Below, one piece after another: positions 9,219 to 20,434 of a stretch of DNA of 64,000 nt. The stretch's first letter is position 1, and each line of letters starts with the position of its first letter. The notes beneath the pieces are model-generated. The model was not told the DNA's origin. It saw only the letters and a program-made list of their open reading frames with translations, and did not search any database. Both the position numbers and the translations under genes were made by a program. The DNA is from Hydrolagus affinis (taxonomy: Eukaryota), in contig JAAILG010000529.1 in assembly GCA_012026655.1 (NCBI GenBank), positions 1 to 64,000 of the forward strand. The letters are read 5' to 3'.

Positions 9219-10661
9219 AGATCGATCGTCAAAACGGCACTGAAGTCTTCAGAACGATTTTTGAAATTAGCGTTTTTTATGAGAATAGGCAAGAACAATA
9301 CAATTCACACCCATAAATCAACTGTCATATACAAAATAACTACAATGAACATTTCACTATTTTACAATCATTAAATTAGCTCTAATTTCTTCATTAAGGA
9401 CTGATCAAAGTTAGATCACTTAGACACCCGCTCCAGAGTCTCATTAGACCCCGACAGGTCAGACCAAACTGATAATAATCGTCCACAGGCACATTCTTAA
9501 AAACACTCAAAAGGTTCTGTACACGTGATGTGGAAAGACCAGCAATTAGGTTTTCTTCTGATGTGCAAATAGTTTAATAATTTAATGAAATTAAATGCAA
9601 ACAACTAGAAAATGGGTATAGAATTTCGGGGGGCAGGTTAGGCAGCAGCGTGTCTGGCCCTCGCCTCTTTTCCTTCCTTCCCACCCATCGCCTTTTTTTT
9701 AAATTTTAAAAATTTTAAAAATCCTAAATGAGATAAATATGAGTTACTTGTTTCTTTGCTAAATTGATGGTAGCGTATTGGAGTTCTACTTGTTTTAAAT
9801 GGCACAAGAAAACGGCTGTGCATTGTCTAGGGTTAGAAAACAGCTGAGAAACAGTAAAACACTGAACCAGCTAGTTCAGACTATTTAATTTTTAAAAATG
9901 GAAGCAGGCACATTGTGGGCAGCTGGGTGGGCGTGGGGTGGGGGTGGGGGGTGGGGTAGAGTGGGGTGTGGGGGGGAAAGAAGAGAAAAGAGACCCCAAA
10001 ATGCCCTAAAAGCATCAATAGACCAATTTTTTTCTGAATATAAAAAACCTGAGCGAGGAGTGAGTGAGTCAGCTCAGTTGGAGGTCTATCTATATTGCTA
10101 ATTTGGAATTAATTTGCACATTTTGACTGTCAAAAAGAAATCAACAATCTATTAACCTATTCTTTGGCAACCAGACACTTTTTAAAAAAAAACAAAGGGG
10201 TGGGAGGGAAGAGAGAAAAAAAGTCTTTCTACCATGGGCAGGGAGGGAGGGAAGGAGGGAGGCTGAGATTGAAGCCATGATTGCAACAGTGCATGACTTA
10301 CGATTTGTATATGGGTTGTCTGCCCAAATGTATAGACATCACAATAACAACAACTTGCATTTACACAGCGAGCGCCTTTACGGGGGGCAGTGTCTCGGGG
10401 CAGACGCTCTCTCAGTCCCAAAGAGATTTTTGGGGAAAGCTAACAATAGATATATATGTGGCAGGTCCTCCTTGCCTGGAGGGGCTGAAATCTTACTCGT
10501 CTGGCTCGGCAGCAAAGATACAAAGAGGAGCGAGCGAACGAGTGTGCGAGGGAAGAAAAAAAAGGGATATACATTTTTTTTTAAATGAGAAAGTCAATTT
10601 CTACACCTTTTGCCTTTTTTGGTAGATCCGAGCTTTTGCGGGGATTTCTGGCGTTTTGCTT

Positions 10662-10671
10662 TTTATTTATT
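10662..10671 (-). terminator. Candidate PRKCZ polyadenylation signal (overlapping AATAAA pair)
   Basis: The + strand reads tttatttatt, i.e. AATAAATAAA on the minus strand. Confidence 0.5.
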
Positions 10672-11030
10672 TTAAAACCCCAAAAAAGAAATGATACAGA
10701 AAGATTAGGCGCAAATTTATCAGCACATTTCTTTTTGAGTGGTTAGCTCAAGTTTCCACAGTGACAGATGGGCCTGTGGTGGGCTGGTCATTGTATCAAA
10801 GTCACGGGCACCAGAATCGTTCTATATTCAGCGTTCTATATTCTGTCTCTTGTTTGTTTAGCTCTGTCTGTGTGTCTGTGTGCATTATACATATACAGTA
10901 TATATATATATATATATAAATAAAAGGCCTGAATTTGAAACGTGGAGCCCTAAACGGTTTGCGACTCTGTGCTTCTTTTTGTTCTTTATACACTTAATAA
11001 TAATTTTTGTTTAGATAGAAAAAAAAGGAA

Positions 11031-11130
11031 NNNNNNNNNNNNNNNNNNNNNNNNNNNNNNNNNNNNNNNNNNNNNNNNNNNNNNNNNNNNNNNNNNNNNN
11101 NNNNNNNNNNNNNNNNNNNNNNNNNNNNNN
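11031..11130. other. Assembly gap (100 N)
   Basis: Run of N; true length unknown. Confidence 1.
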
Positions 11131-13502
11131 TGGATGGTTTGAATTTTTAAAAAATAAAAAACGGTGCCTTTACCAACACCCCCACCCTCACCCCCACCCA
11201 CGCCTCTCACAAACCTCACACAGGTTTTTGTCAAACTACAAACCTCATACGGGTTGATAGAAACTGCTACAGGGCGGCAGGAGTGAAGCTTGCTCACTGC
11301 ACGCCCAGCCTTTTGTTATTTTTTTTGTGTGACATAAATTGAACATTCGGCAATTGTACAGCAATTTGTGAATCAAATGGATGCTGTCCAATAGGAATGT
11401 TACCACAATGGGGGGGTGGGGGGGGAGGGAAGGGGGGAGACGAGGAGGCAATCTGTAACAGACAAAAACAACATTACATTCAGAGATCATTTTACAACCA
11501 CCAGGAAAAATCAGCATTGCAAGCATTTACATCAGAACTGGGGGGGGGGTGGGAGGGTTAAAGAGTCAACGAATGAGAAATCTGGCTCCAGCCCACAATA
11601 AAATAAAGCCAAAGTTTGGATTCTGCTTTTCCAATGGGAATCATAAATCAACCTGCAGTAACTGTTTACGCTGTTCTATGGTTAGTGCCGAGAGCTTGGG
11701 CTAACTGGGTATTTACCAATTACAACACCAGCAACCCTTGCCAAGCTATTTCAGTCAGTTTTTCCAGAGAGCGGGGAGGGAGGGGGGGAGAGAACAATGG
11801 ATGTCAGAAATGTAACTTCCACACACCCCCCTACCCCCACTCCTCCTCCTCTGACACCAGACCAGTTGGCTTTTCTCTGATACAGCCCATTAGGTCAACA
11901 TCATTTCCCAGTGGAAGGTTGGGGTCTCTGCAAACAGTGCCCCCCCCTCCACCCTCCTACCCACCCATCGCCCATAAACTTACTCACATCTAGAGTCGTG
12001 GGATCAATTTTGAATAACTGCAATCTTATCTGATGGCACATTCACTGGGTACTCAATTTCCCCCCACCCCCCAAAAAAACTGACCACGGAATATTGGTTT
12101 GTGGTGTTGCTGAATTTCGGGGTGTTTTGGGCTGAACAGGAAAATGTATAAAAATAAACATGGGAGAGAGATTTAAAAACAACAAAAGCTGTAAGAAATG
12201 CAAAAAAACACACATCATTTGTCACATTATTATGGCTTCTGAAGAGGGATGGGTGGGGGGGCCTTCTTCGAAAATGAATGTGGTTCCCCTCTGCTGGTTA
12301 AGTTAGATTTGGTGTCTAAAAGGCGTTCAGTATAGGCCCCCTTTCAACCCGCCCGTCAATTACTTTATCTGCCATAACTCTACAGGCTCACAGAATCAAC
12401 CCCCATTTAACTAATGCTTTCAAACTACGGTATCTACCAACTTAAGAGTTGAAGCATCAATATGTAGAGCGACCATCGCAATCCATTACACACATCCTAT
12501 CTTAAGGGAGGAATAGTTACTGTTATGTGTTGAATTCCTCTGGAGCCCCTTGGTACAACACCCTATAGACCACGGTCATGGCATTATTATTCCAATGAAA
12601 AGCATGTGAAGATGTACCAGAGTATTAGGATGTGGCTTAATTGCAATCTACAGTGCAAACCTGGGTGAGAGGGTCGGATTAGTTAATACACACCTAGCTG
12701 TCACGCTGCATTGATAAATACAGATATTTCTCCCCCAAGACCAGCTGTTCCATGGCATTATATAATATAGCAGTAATTAACGAGAAGGTGTGAATAATTG
12801 GCCAGTGATATATTCCTGGATTAGACCTCTCAGCTGTGCGGCATCTAGATTAATTCTAGTGCACATTATTGACCAATAAAGCACACCATCTTGTTCATTA
12901 TTGCTTATGTACAGTTTAGAGCCAGTGGTTTTTTAAATCACATTAGCCAGTTGTCGAAAGGCAATCACAGGTTGAGGTGCAGTCACCCACACCACTACTT
13001 TTTTTTAAATAATATAGTACAGTACATTCTTTCTCTCGAGGTCGGACCTCTTAATATCTATTTATAAAGAGAGAGAAAAGTGCAGCGTCTTCAAGTTCCT
13101 TTAGATAGAAACCATCATATAATTCCTTGTCTTGAGGGAATGAAAGGAGCGTTTCCTTCATGGAAGCAGGCACGGATCAGGCAGTCTTCCCTTCAGTAAC
13201 AAAATGCCAGTTGAATCGATGCCCAGGAAATAATGAGAGAACCTGTGGTTATTAGTGGAAGACGACCACTGAAATGACCTTCGTTTACGTTGCTTAGCAG
13301 CAGTTGCCATGGTTTGCAATACTCTTGGAAAACTTGAACCAGATCCACAACCTTGCATGCAGGTAGGTTTGGGGTGGGGGGTGGGGGGGGTGGGGAGGGG
13401 GGAGAAAAAAGTTACCAAACTCCAGGGACTCGAGCTTGGCATCCGAAGTTTACTGAGCCTGGCTTCTGACAAATGGACCCACGTCTCACTTGCTGCTTGG
13501 GT

Positions 13503-13590
13503 TCATACACTTTCCTCCGATGACACCAACAAGGGGTTAATATATTCAAATCCCTCAAATTCAGATTGGTCGATTCTTTTTATTACATCT
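13503..13590 (-). CDS. PRKCZ: PRKCZ terminal coding exon (exon 18 equivalent)
   Basis: Minus-strand acceptor ...ccaacccgcag|A. Translates (E)[28 protein letters not shown], with the aPKC hydrophobic motif FEGFEY and the zeta-type C-terminus EESV. Confidence 0.97.
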
Positions 13591-13975
13591 CTGCGGGTTG
13601 GTGGGGGAGGGGGTGGAAAGAGGAGAGAGAGAAAAAAAGATACTTAAATATAATAACACACTAGATTTCTCAGGCAATTCAAAATTGCAGTTCAGTACTG
13701 TTTATGCATCTTTCAAACCCAACCTATTTGTTGCAGCAGTGATTTATGTGCAATAGAAGAGCAGACGGCAAAGGATCTTGTATCCAAGTCACAAACACAA
13801 GTACTAATTACACAGCGTTCATGAAATTTGACCCAAGGACCAAGGAATTGAAACATGCAATTGAAGGTCCAATGTACAGGGTGACCGAAAAGTCATGATA
13901 TCTATCTACCCTGATATTTTTTAAAAATCATAATTTCTTTAAGGCTTATTAGACATAGTATCATGTTTTTTTTTC

Positions 13976-14255
13976 ATAATAATAATCCTTGCATTTGATT
14001 TAGCGCTTTTCAAGTCTTCTAGACATATCGTAATTTGAACTTTGGTCTTTTTTTTTACCAGTGTCCAAAACACAAGTAGATTCTCTTTCAATTCTGAAGG
14101 GAGTCAATTCAATATAATAATCATCCTAATGGTAATCCTTGCATTTGATATTGCTCCTTACAAACAAATTTACCGCATATTTTGTGAATCAAACATGGCA
14201 GTCAATTACGCACATTACTGTCCCGCAAACAGTTGTGGATTGAGTGACCAAAATA
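13976..14255 (-). mobile_element. Two degenerate SINE 3' fragments
   Basis: aataatccttgcatttgat tails at about 13978 and 14133, and a residual core gtcccgcaaacagttgtggattgagtgacc. Confidence 0.75.
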
Positions 14256-17200
14256 TATATATTTTAAAACATACATATCGTAACATCAACAACAATAATC
14301 AGGTAGTGGTTTCACTCCGAGATTTGCAAAGGTTTGATATTCAGTAGATTTTCTGTGACTGTAAGGACCCAGCATTAGGAATCCAGGATCATCTGTGCAC
14401 TCTTATTACAGAAACACTGCAAAGTACATTCAGTGCTGAGCTCGGGCAAATGTCATTGGAACCTGAAACATCCTACGCAGCTTTCTTTGTTGAGATTCTA
14501 TTAAAACATTCTTTAAGAGTGCGGCTCAAAATATTCCAGAGAGAGTGAGTGCATCCCTGTTGTAAGAAAAGAGGTGTGCTGCTTTCGTTCCACATGATTA
14601 CTGAGGACATCGTACAATACTCTTCAAGGTCCACTCACTTGCAACCTGTCAAAGATATCAATTGGAGATGCACTTGGCCTTTATGAAGAGTTTCTGTACA
14701 ACACTTGCCGAGTTCAATCACTCAACCATCGAGTGTGTACTCTGGCTCACAGAGTTTACAGCACGTCAGCCGCCTGGCTCCTTTAGATAGCACTCTCGCC
14801 TCTGAATCAGAAAGTGGTGGATCTGAGCCCCGAAATTTTATCAGTCTATATTCTAGGTTCACGCTCCGAATTAGCGCTGGGGGTGTATAGCATTATGGCA
14901 GGTGATGTTAGGAGAAAGAGGGTTGAGAGGGAGGACGTGGAGAAGATGGTTCCAATTCAGAGGACTATCTCCAAACGTTTGGTACTAATGAAATTTGTGC
15001 CCTGTGGAAATTGTCCTTTGTCACAAACAACCAATCTAGCTCTATTGTAAAACACAAATGAGGGGACATTCTGTCTAACTCTAGATTTACTCTATTTATC
15101 TAGCATTTCAGAGTGTGCAGAACTAGGTCAATGTTTGGAATCATTCTTAATTTTTTTTAATCGTTTTATCAGTCGTACTAGTTAGTTTTCTGACAACCAG
15201 TATGAACATAAAGTATGGCTTCTGCTCAGTGGGACAAGTACAGGTGTCTGAACTTTTCCCTGCAAGTCATCATCAGTCCAACCAGTCACGTTTAACATTC
15301 CCAATGTTTCCCTTTGTGCTGAGAGAACACTCAATGAATGCAAGCGAGTGTGTGCCTCGCTAAGTAGTGACTGATTCTCCATTTACCAGTGACAGCAATT
15401 TTAACTGTGTCCTCTACTTACAGAGATTGAATAATTAGTGTCCAGAATTTCAGAGATGTGCCAATTTGAAAGTATTTTTGCAGTAGCTTTATCTTTCACT
15501 TGCTGGTCCCCATAGCGACCATTAATGCAGAACCTTCAGAGGATTACAGTAATATTTTTTTGTAGCAGTGAACGGTACTAAAAGGATGCTTTTCTCTGTA
15601 TGGATTTCTCTGTATGGATACCGTACAACTTGTTCCTCGTGAGCCACAGATAGATCCAGAGGTGGAAAGAACAAATAGTAACTACAGGAATCTCAGTCTT
15701 CCTGTGTTGTACAATACAGGAGCCTGGGAGATTATAAAGCATGCAACAGATTCACTGTTTGGTTACACCGTTAAAAAATGCACTCACACACAATGATATG
15801 GTTCGTCAGATTCCAGCGCAACAGAGAAATGTACAGACAACCATTCTTTCAACAAAAGCTCGTACTAATATCGGACTTTCACATTGGAAAACTGTCTCCA
15901 AGTGCTTCATAAAGACAATAGGGAGCACCGAGCAGGAAGGAAAACGTAAGGGAGTCGACCAAAGGCTCTCTGAACAGATGTTTTTGAGAGTTACGAAGGC
16001 TGGGAGAGGAGATTTTAGGGCATTAAATAAATCTGTAAAGTATTGTGTAGGTTAAACTGATCACTGGCTTAGAGAGTACGATGGAGGCTAGGTCAATGTG
16101 TTTCAGTCCTTTGCTAACGTGTTCATGTGGGGTGGTTGGATGTGGACTTATGCTGACAAGAAGTTCCTCATCTTGGCTATGCCCTTGCGCACAGAGTATA
16201 GACTCACACATAAGGCAAAGAGAGTATTAGCAGGCAAGTTCACTCATGCGTTTCCTTGTGGCTGGATGAGGGGTATTGGCACCGGCCTGGGAGCACTCTG
16301 CTTTCCCACACTCACAGCCAGGGAAAGTTACATGGCGCAGTGAGAGTGGGGGAGGAAATAACATCTTAAAAATAGACGGTGGTGGGGGGAGGGGGGGGAG
16401 AAAAGGACGGAAAGCGCAATTAAAGTTTTACATTTAAATTCTTGCTAAGGTCCAACAACTATTAACTTTTCACCGGCCAGTTCTTCTTCAAAGAATCTCA
16501 AGCTTCTGTTTGTTGGTTATCTTTGGTTCCTTAGCAAGTGATCTTTGTTGTGTGTGTTTTTATTTACTGAATTTAACCCTGAAAGTCCAGTGGACTCAGC
16601 CCTAAATAAAGTCTATTGTTTTTACAATGTAAGGTAATGAGGAAGGATGGAAAATACTTTTTTTTATTCTACCTTAATTTGGACGCTGATTGTGAGTCTC
16701 TCATTGTGTGGTATAGTCATGAATTATCACCTATTAAAAACGAACTGAGTTACACTGGGATTGATTTATTAGGATTTTTCCCTCCACTCCCGCAAACATG
16801 TGACTTTTTTCCCCCCACCGCTTCCCTGGATTATGGTTTCACAAGCATTATGGATTATGGTTTGCCCTGGAACCCTGCTTTAAGTGACTTTTTTGTGTGT
16901 GAGCTTGGCAGTGAATGTCGGAAGGCCTTCTGTGGGTGGTGTTCTCACTCGCTGTCACCATATGTACGTTTCCAGTGTTGGCAATCGGATAGGAGTAAGA
17001 GGCTGGAAACTCTGACTTATCTTCCCCTTGGTAACAAGGACACACTGGGGCCAATTGTGGAGTCCTGTCTGAGATTGACTAACTCCGCACAGAGAACAGG
17101 GTTCAAATGCATTGCCTCTTACACTGCACACATAGCTACTCACTGGATAAACCAATGATGGGAGCTCCCCCAAATTGTAGAGTTTTACACTGATCCCAGG

Positions 17201-18185
17201 AAAGCATTGGATTTAGAACCAGCCAGAGAGCTGGGCTGCTCTGTGATGCAACACCAAGAATGCTCACTTCGTAGTCAGGAAGCCGCAAGTCTAAGTCCCT
17301 GAGCTGACACTTAAATCTTAAACCGGAATAAATTGCCGAGTTTCATTACCGGTAAAGCAATCTCCAGGCAAGTGGAGAAACTGACATCGCCTCACTTGAC
17401 AATGCCAATCTGTAAGTGTACAGGATAGGTCCTGGCACTGACTGAAAAGTCTGTGGCCTTGAGGGTTCCTTCCACCGTTCTCGGTGCCTCTCTCCGGGTG
17501 TAAATCCTTATTACATTTACACGTGGCTTATCTATTTTGTCAGATTAGGAGTTTACCTCGGGTAAGATTCCGAACCAGAAATGGCTGGCACAGCAGATTG
17601 TAGAGAGTCAGCTGAGTGTGGTATTTTAAGATGAGGGATTCCAAAGCCGGGAAATAGGTCAGCTTTTCTTTGATGATTCTCAGCACAGGTTAGATGTAGT
17701 TTAGAGTTTCTTCTTCGTTGCTCAAATGATATGCTAATAAACCCTCATGGAAGAGGAGCATATCTTTATTCCACAAATAATTTGTGTTTTTCCTGTTGCC
17801 AAAGGGGGTTGGTGGGAGAAGGAGTGACTTCACTCAGAGGCTGTTAGGATGTGGAATTCATTAAAAACTGACTATTTGAGGGTGGATCTATCACATAATT
17901 TGAACTGGATAAGTACCTGAAGATTTTAAAATGTTTGATGAATATAAGAAAGAGGGATTTTAAAAAGGCATCTTCAGTGACAGCAGTGGCACAGATAAGA
18001 TGGGCTGAACAGCTGACTTCTGGACTGAACAGTCTAGTTTTCTGTGTAAAATTGCCCGGGATCCTGGCCAATAAATCCCCCAAATAAACGTGTACTGACA
18101 TACACTTCTTTATTTTTTGCACACCAACCTGATCCTGATCATCCCTGAACAAAACTGTCAAATGATCACAAATATGGACAGTTTC

Positions 18186-18502
18186 TACGGATAAGACATT
18201 AAACCGAGGTCCCGTCTGCCTGTTCAGGTGGACATTAAAGATTCTTGACTCGAACAGAGAAAGGATGATCTTCCTCCCGGGATCCTGGCCAATAAATCCC
18301 CCAAATAAAATTGGTCACTCACCTCATGGCTGTTAATGGGGGCTTTGCTGTGCGCAAACTGGCTGCCGTGTTTCTCCCACAAAACACACAGTCAAATACA
18401 CACTTTACAGTACGGTACTGTATTAGCCTGCGAAGCTCTTTGAAATGTCTCAACAATGTGATAAGGGGTTACAGCAAATGCAAGGATTATTAAGGATTAT
18501 TA
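18186..18502 (+). mobile_element. Deu-SINE with an extended Deu domain (SacSINE1/AmnSINE1-like)
   Basis: gataagacattaaaccgaggtcccgtctgcctgttcaggtggacattaaagat...tcctggccaata...ttgctgtgcgcaaactggctgccgtgtt, followed by an L2-type tail. Confidence 0.85.
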
Positions 18503-20363
18503 TAATAATGAAGTCTTATGATAATGGACTGAACCGGAGCAGACCCCATTGAAATATCAAAGATTTCCAGATGACTTCAAATAAAATGGAGTCAATGAGG
18601 TGCTTATTTTCAGCAAAGCTGCCGTGACTTATATTTTGTGCATTGTGCCCGCATCCACTGGGAGCAGGATTGTGCCTATCCAAACTAATTTCACTTAGCA
18701 GCTATCAGAGAGGCGAGACACTGATTCCATCTGTCTGGCCTGGATTTTTAAGCACTGCATTTTCGGCAGAATATTTGGCTGAATACAGAGGAGATAGAAA
18801 TATTTCATTTACAGTAATGATCTGGCAGCCACACCAGACACAGAAGATTAAAAGACACACACACACAGACACACACACATGCAAACAAGCGTTTCTCATG
18901 TCATGAAATTAAAGTTGAATCCTGATAAATACATCGCGTTTGCCAAGCAATTATGTGGACACATCAGAAACTTGTTTGCACTTGGAGTGTGGTATTTCAT
19001 CTTGACCAAGTTTCATTCTCCGCTACCGATTGAAATGAAATCACCTAAAAACTCCAATCAATCATTTAAACATATATATATCTACCAATGCAAATGTCTT
19101 GCACAAAAATAAATCACCCGATACTAACTAACTCACTCACTAACAGTGAAACTAGGCAAGAAACTCGGCAGCATTCTGTATTGAAGGTGTAAGGAATTCA
19201 GCAAACTGACATAATCCTAAATAAAAGTGGCTTCTTTTTAAAAGTACCTTCAAGGAGATGAATTAATTCTGGATTAAGAACTTTTTGAGAACGTCTCCTT
19301 TTTTGGAATATACCCCGTGAAGAGTTATCTACCCCTTACAGGGCTTCCGGTTACAGGTCTAGAAAATCCTGACTGGTCAGCTCACGGAGCTTAATAACTG
19401 CCTGTCTGTTTGTCTGGGAGGATTGGGGAAGGAGAACTTGGAAAGAAAATGTGCCCGAAAATCTGCTCGAGATTCCTGCCACAAAGCGGACTTCGGTAGC
19501 GTCTCCACTAGGGGTGAATTCAAAGTCATTAGTTAAGTGTTCTACAGTGTTTCTGTTTCAGGGCTGGAATTTTAGCCTATGTAAACAATAGGTGCATTGA
19601 GAGTGCCAGAACGCTTGGAGCTATGTGACATCTCAAACGTTTGCAATAAACCGCCAAGAGAAAAGGCACGGCTCCGTATTAGAACAGTGTGTTTTGCTGC
19701 CCTACATTTAATGCCAGTAAGCAAGCTCTCGCAAAAAAAATGTTTAACATTAGCAAACTCCAGCAGGAAGCTGGCTTCCTGATTTTTTTTAAAAAAAATC
19801 TACCTCAGCCAGTGATGTGATCAGCCCATCACAAATACCACAGCCTGAAGAAATTGGAAGGTTTTTTTTTAAATAAAAAAAAGCCTTTCCCCTACTAAGG
19901 GCAAGGACAGGGGACCAATTCATCTCGAGCAGGCAGATTGGAAGTGAATGTGGAAGGTGCTTTGTTCAGCAGCCAAGTGTGGACATCTGTGAAATAAAGG
20001 CCAATCTGCCTCGCTGCTTCCTGTAAATCATTAAACTGAGAGAAGCAATCTGTAGCCCAGAGAGCGTCTTTCTGATGTGTACAAGGCTCATGGCAGGGCT
20101 GAGATTAAGAACTAAAAAAGAACACTCTCTTAATGACGGTGGGAAGCTTTTTTTTGTTAACCCTCTGGAGATGGCTATTCTAAACTGTATCATTCAGAAT
20201 TATACACAGTTATCATGTCAACAAAGCTACCCAAACGTAGAAGTGTTGCCATGATTTCTTGTGCATGTGGATATATGCAATTGAGGGATGATACAAGTAT
20301 TTTGTACCGACTCTCATATGAAGCATTTTATCGGTTGGGTATTGCACAAATCAGGCCAATGAT

Positions 20364-20434
20364 CAGTGCCTTGGGACGTCCTCTCGACGTGAAAGGCGCT
20401 ATATAAATGTAAGTTTGGATTGATTGATTGATTG
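20364..20434 (+). mobile_element. L2-type LINE extreme 3' end with (GATT)n tail
   Basis: gccttgggacgtcctctcgacgtgaaaggcgctatataaatgtaagttt; one mismatch to the copy at 34901-34948. Confidence 0.75.

Larger units (their letters stand above)
9255..13502 (-). other. PRKCZ: Putative long PRKCZ 3' UTR (distal end uncertain)
   Basis: Follows the stop codon, is repeat-poor and has U-rich and C-rich tracts on the minus strand. The first canonical AATAAA is at 10662-10671, and a CATAAA variant preceded by U/UGUA-rich sequence is at 9276-9281. Confidence 0.5.

Noticed and set aside
9921-9976. G-run cluster with G-quadruplex potential (also about 13371, 23505, 31048)
   Set aside because: Poly-G/C tracts are scattered throughout the window as low-complexity sequence, and nothing marks these as specific.
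13875-13916. TA-CAGGGTG...ACCCTG resembling a tiny Tc1/mariner remnant
   Set aside because: The inverted match is only 6 bp and the right end lacks a clean TA duplication, so support is too weak.
16616-17158. Longest unexplained ORF (180 aa, + strand)
   Set aside because: It has a TTG start, no recognisable domain and a composition typical of random intronic sequence, and it is antisense within a PRKCZ intron.
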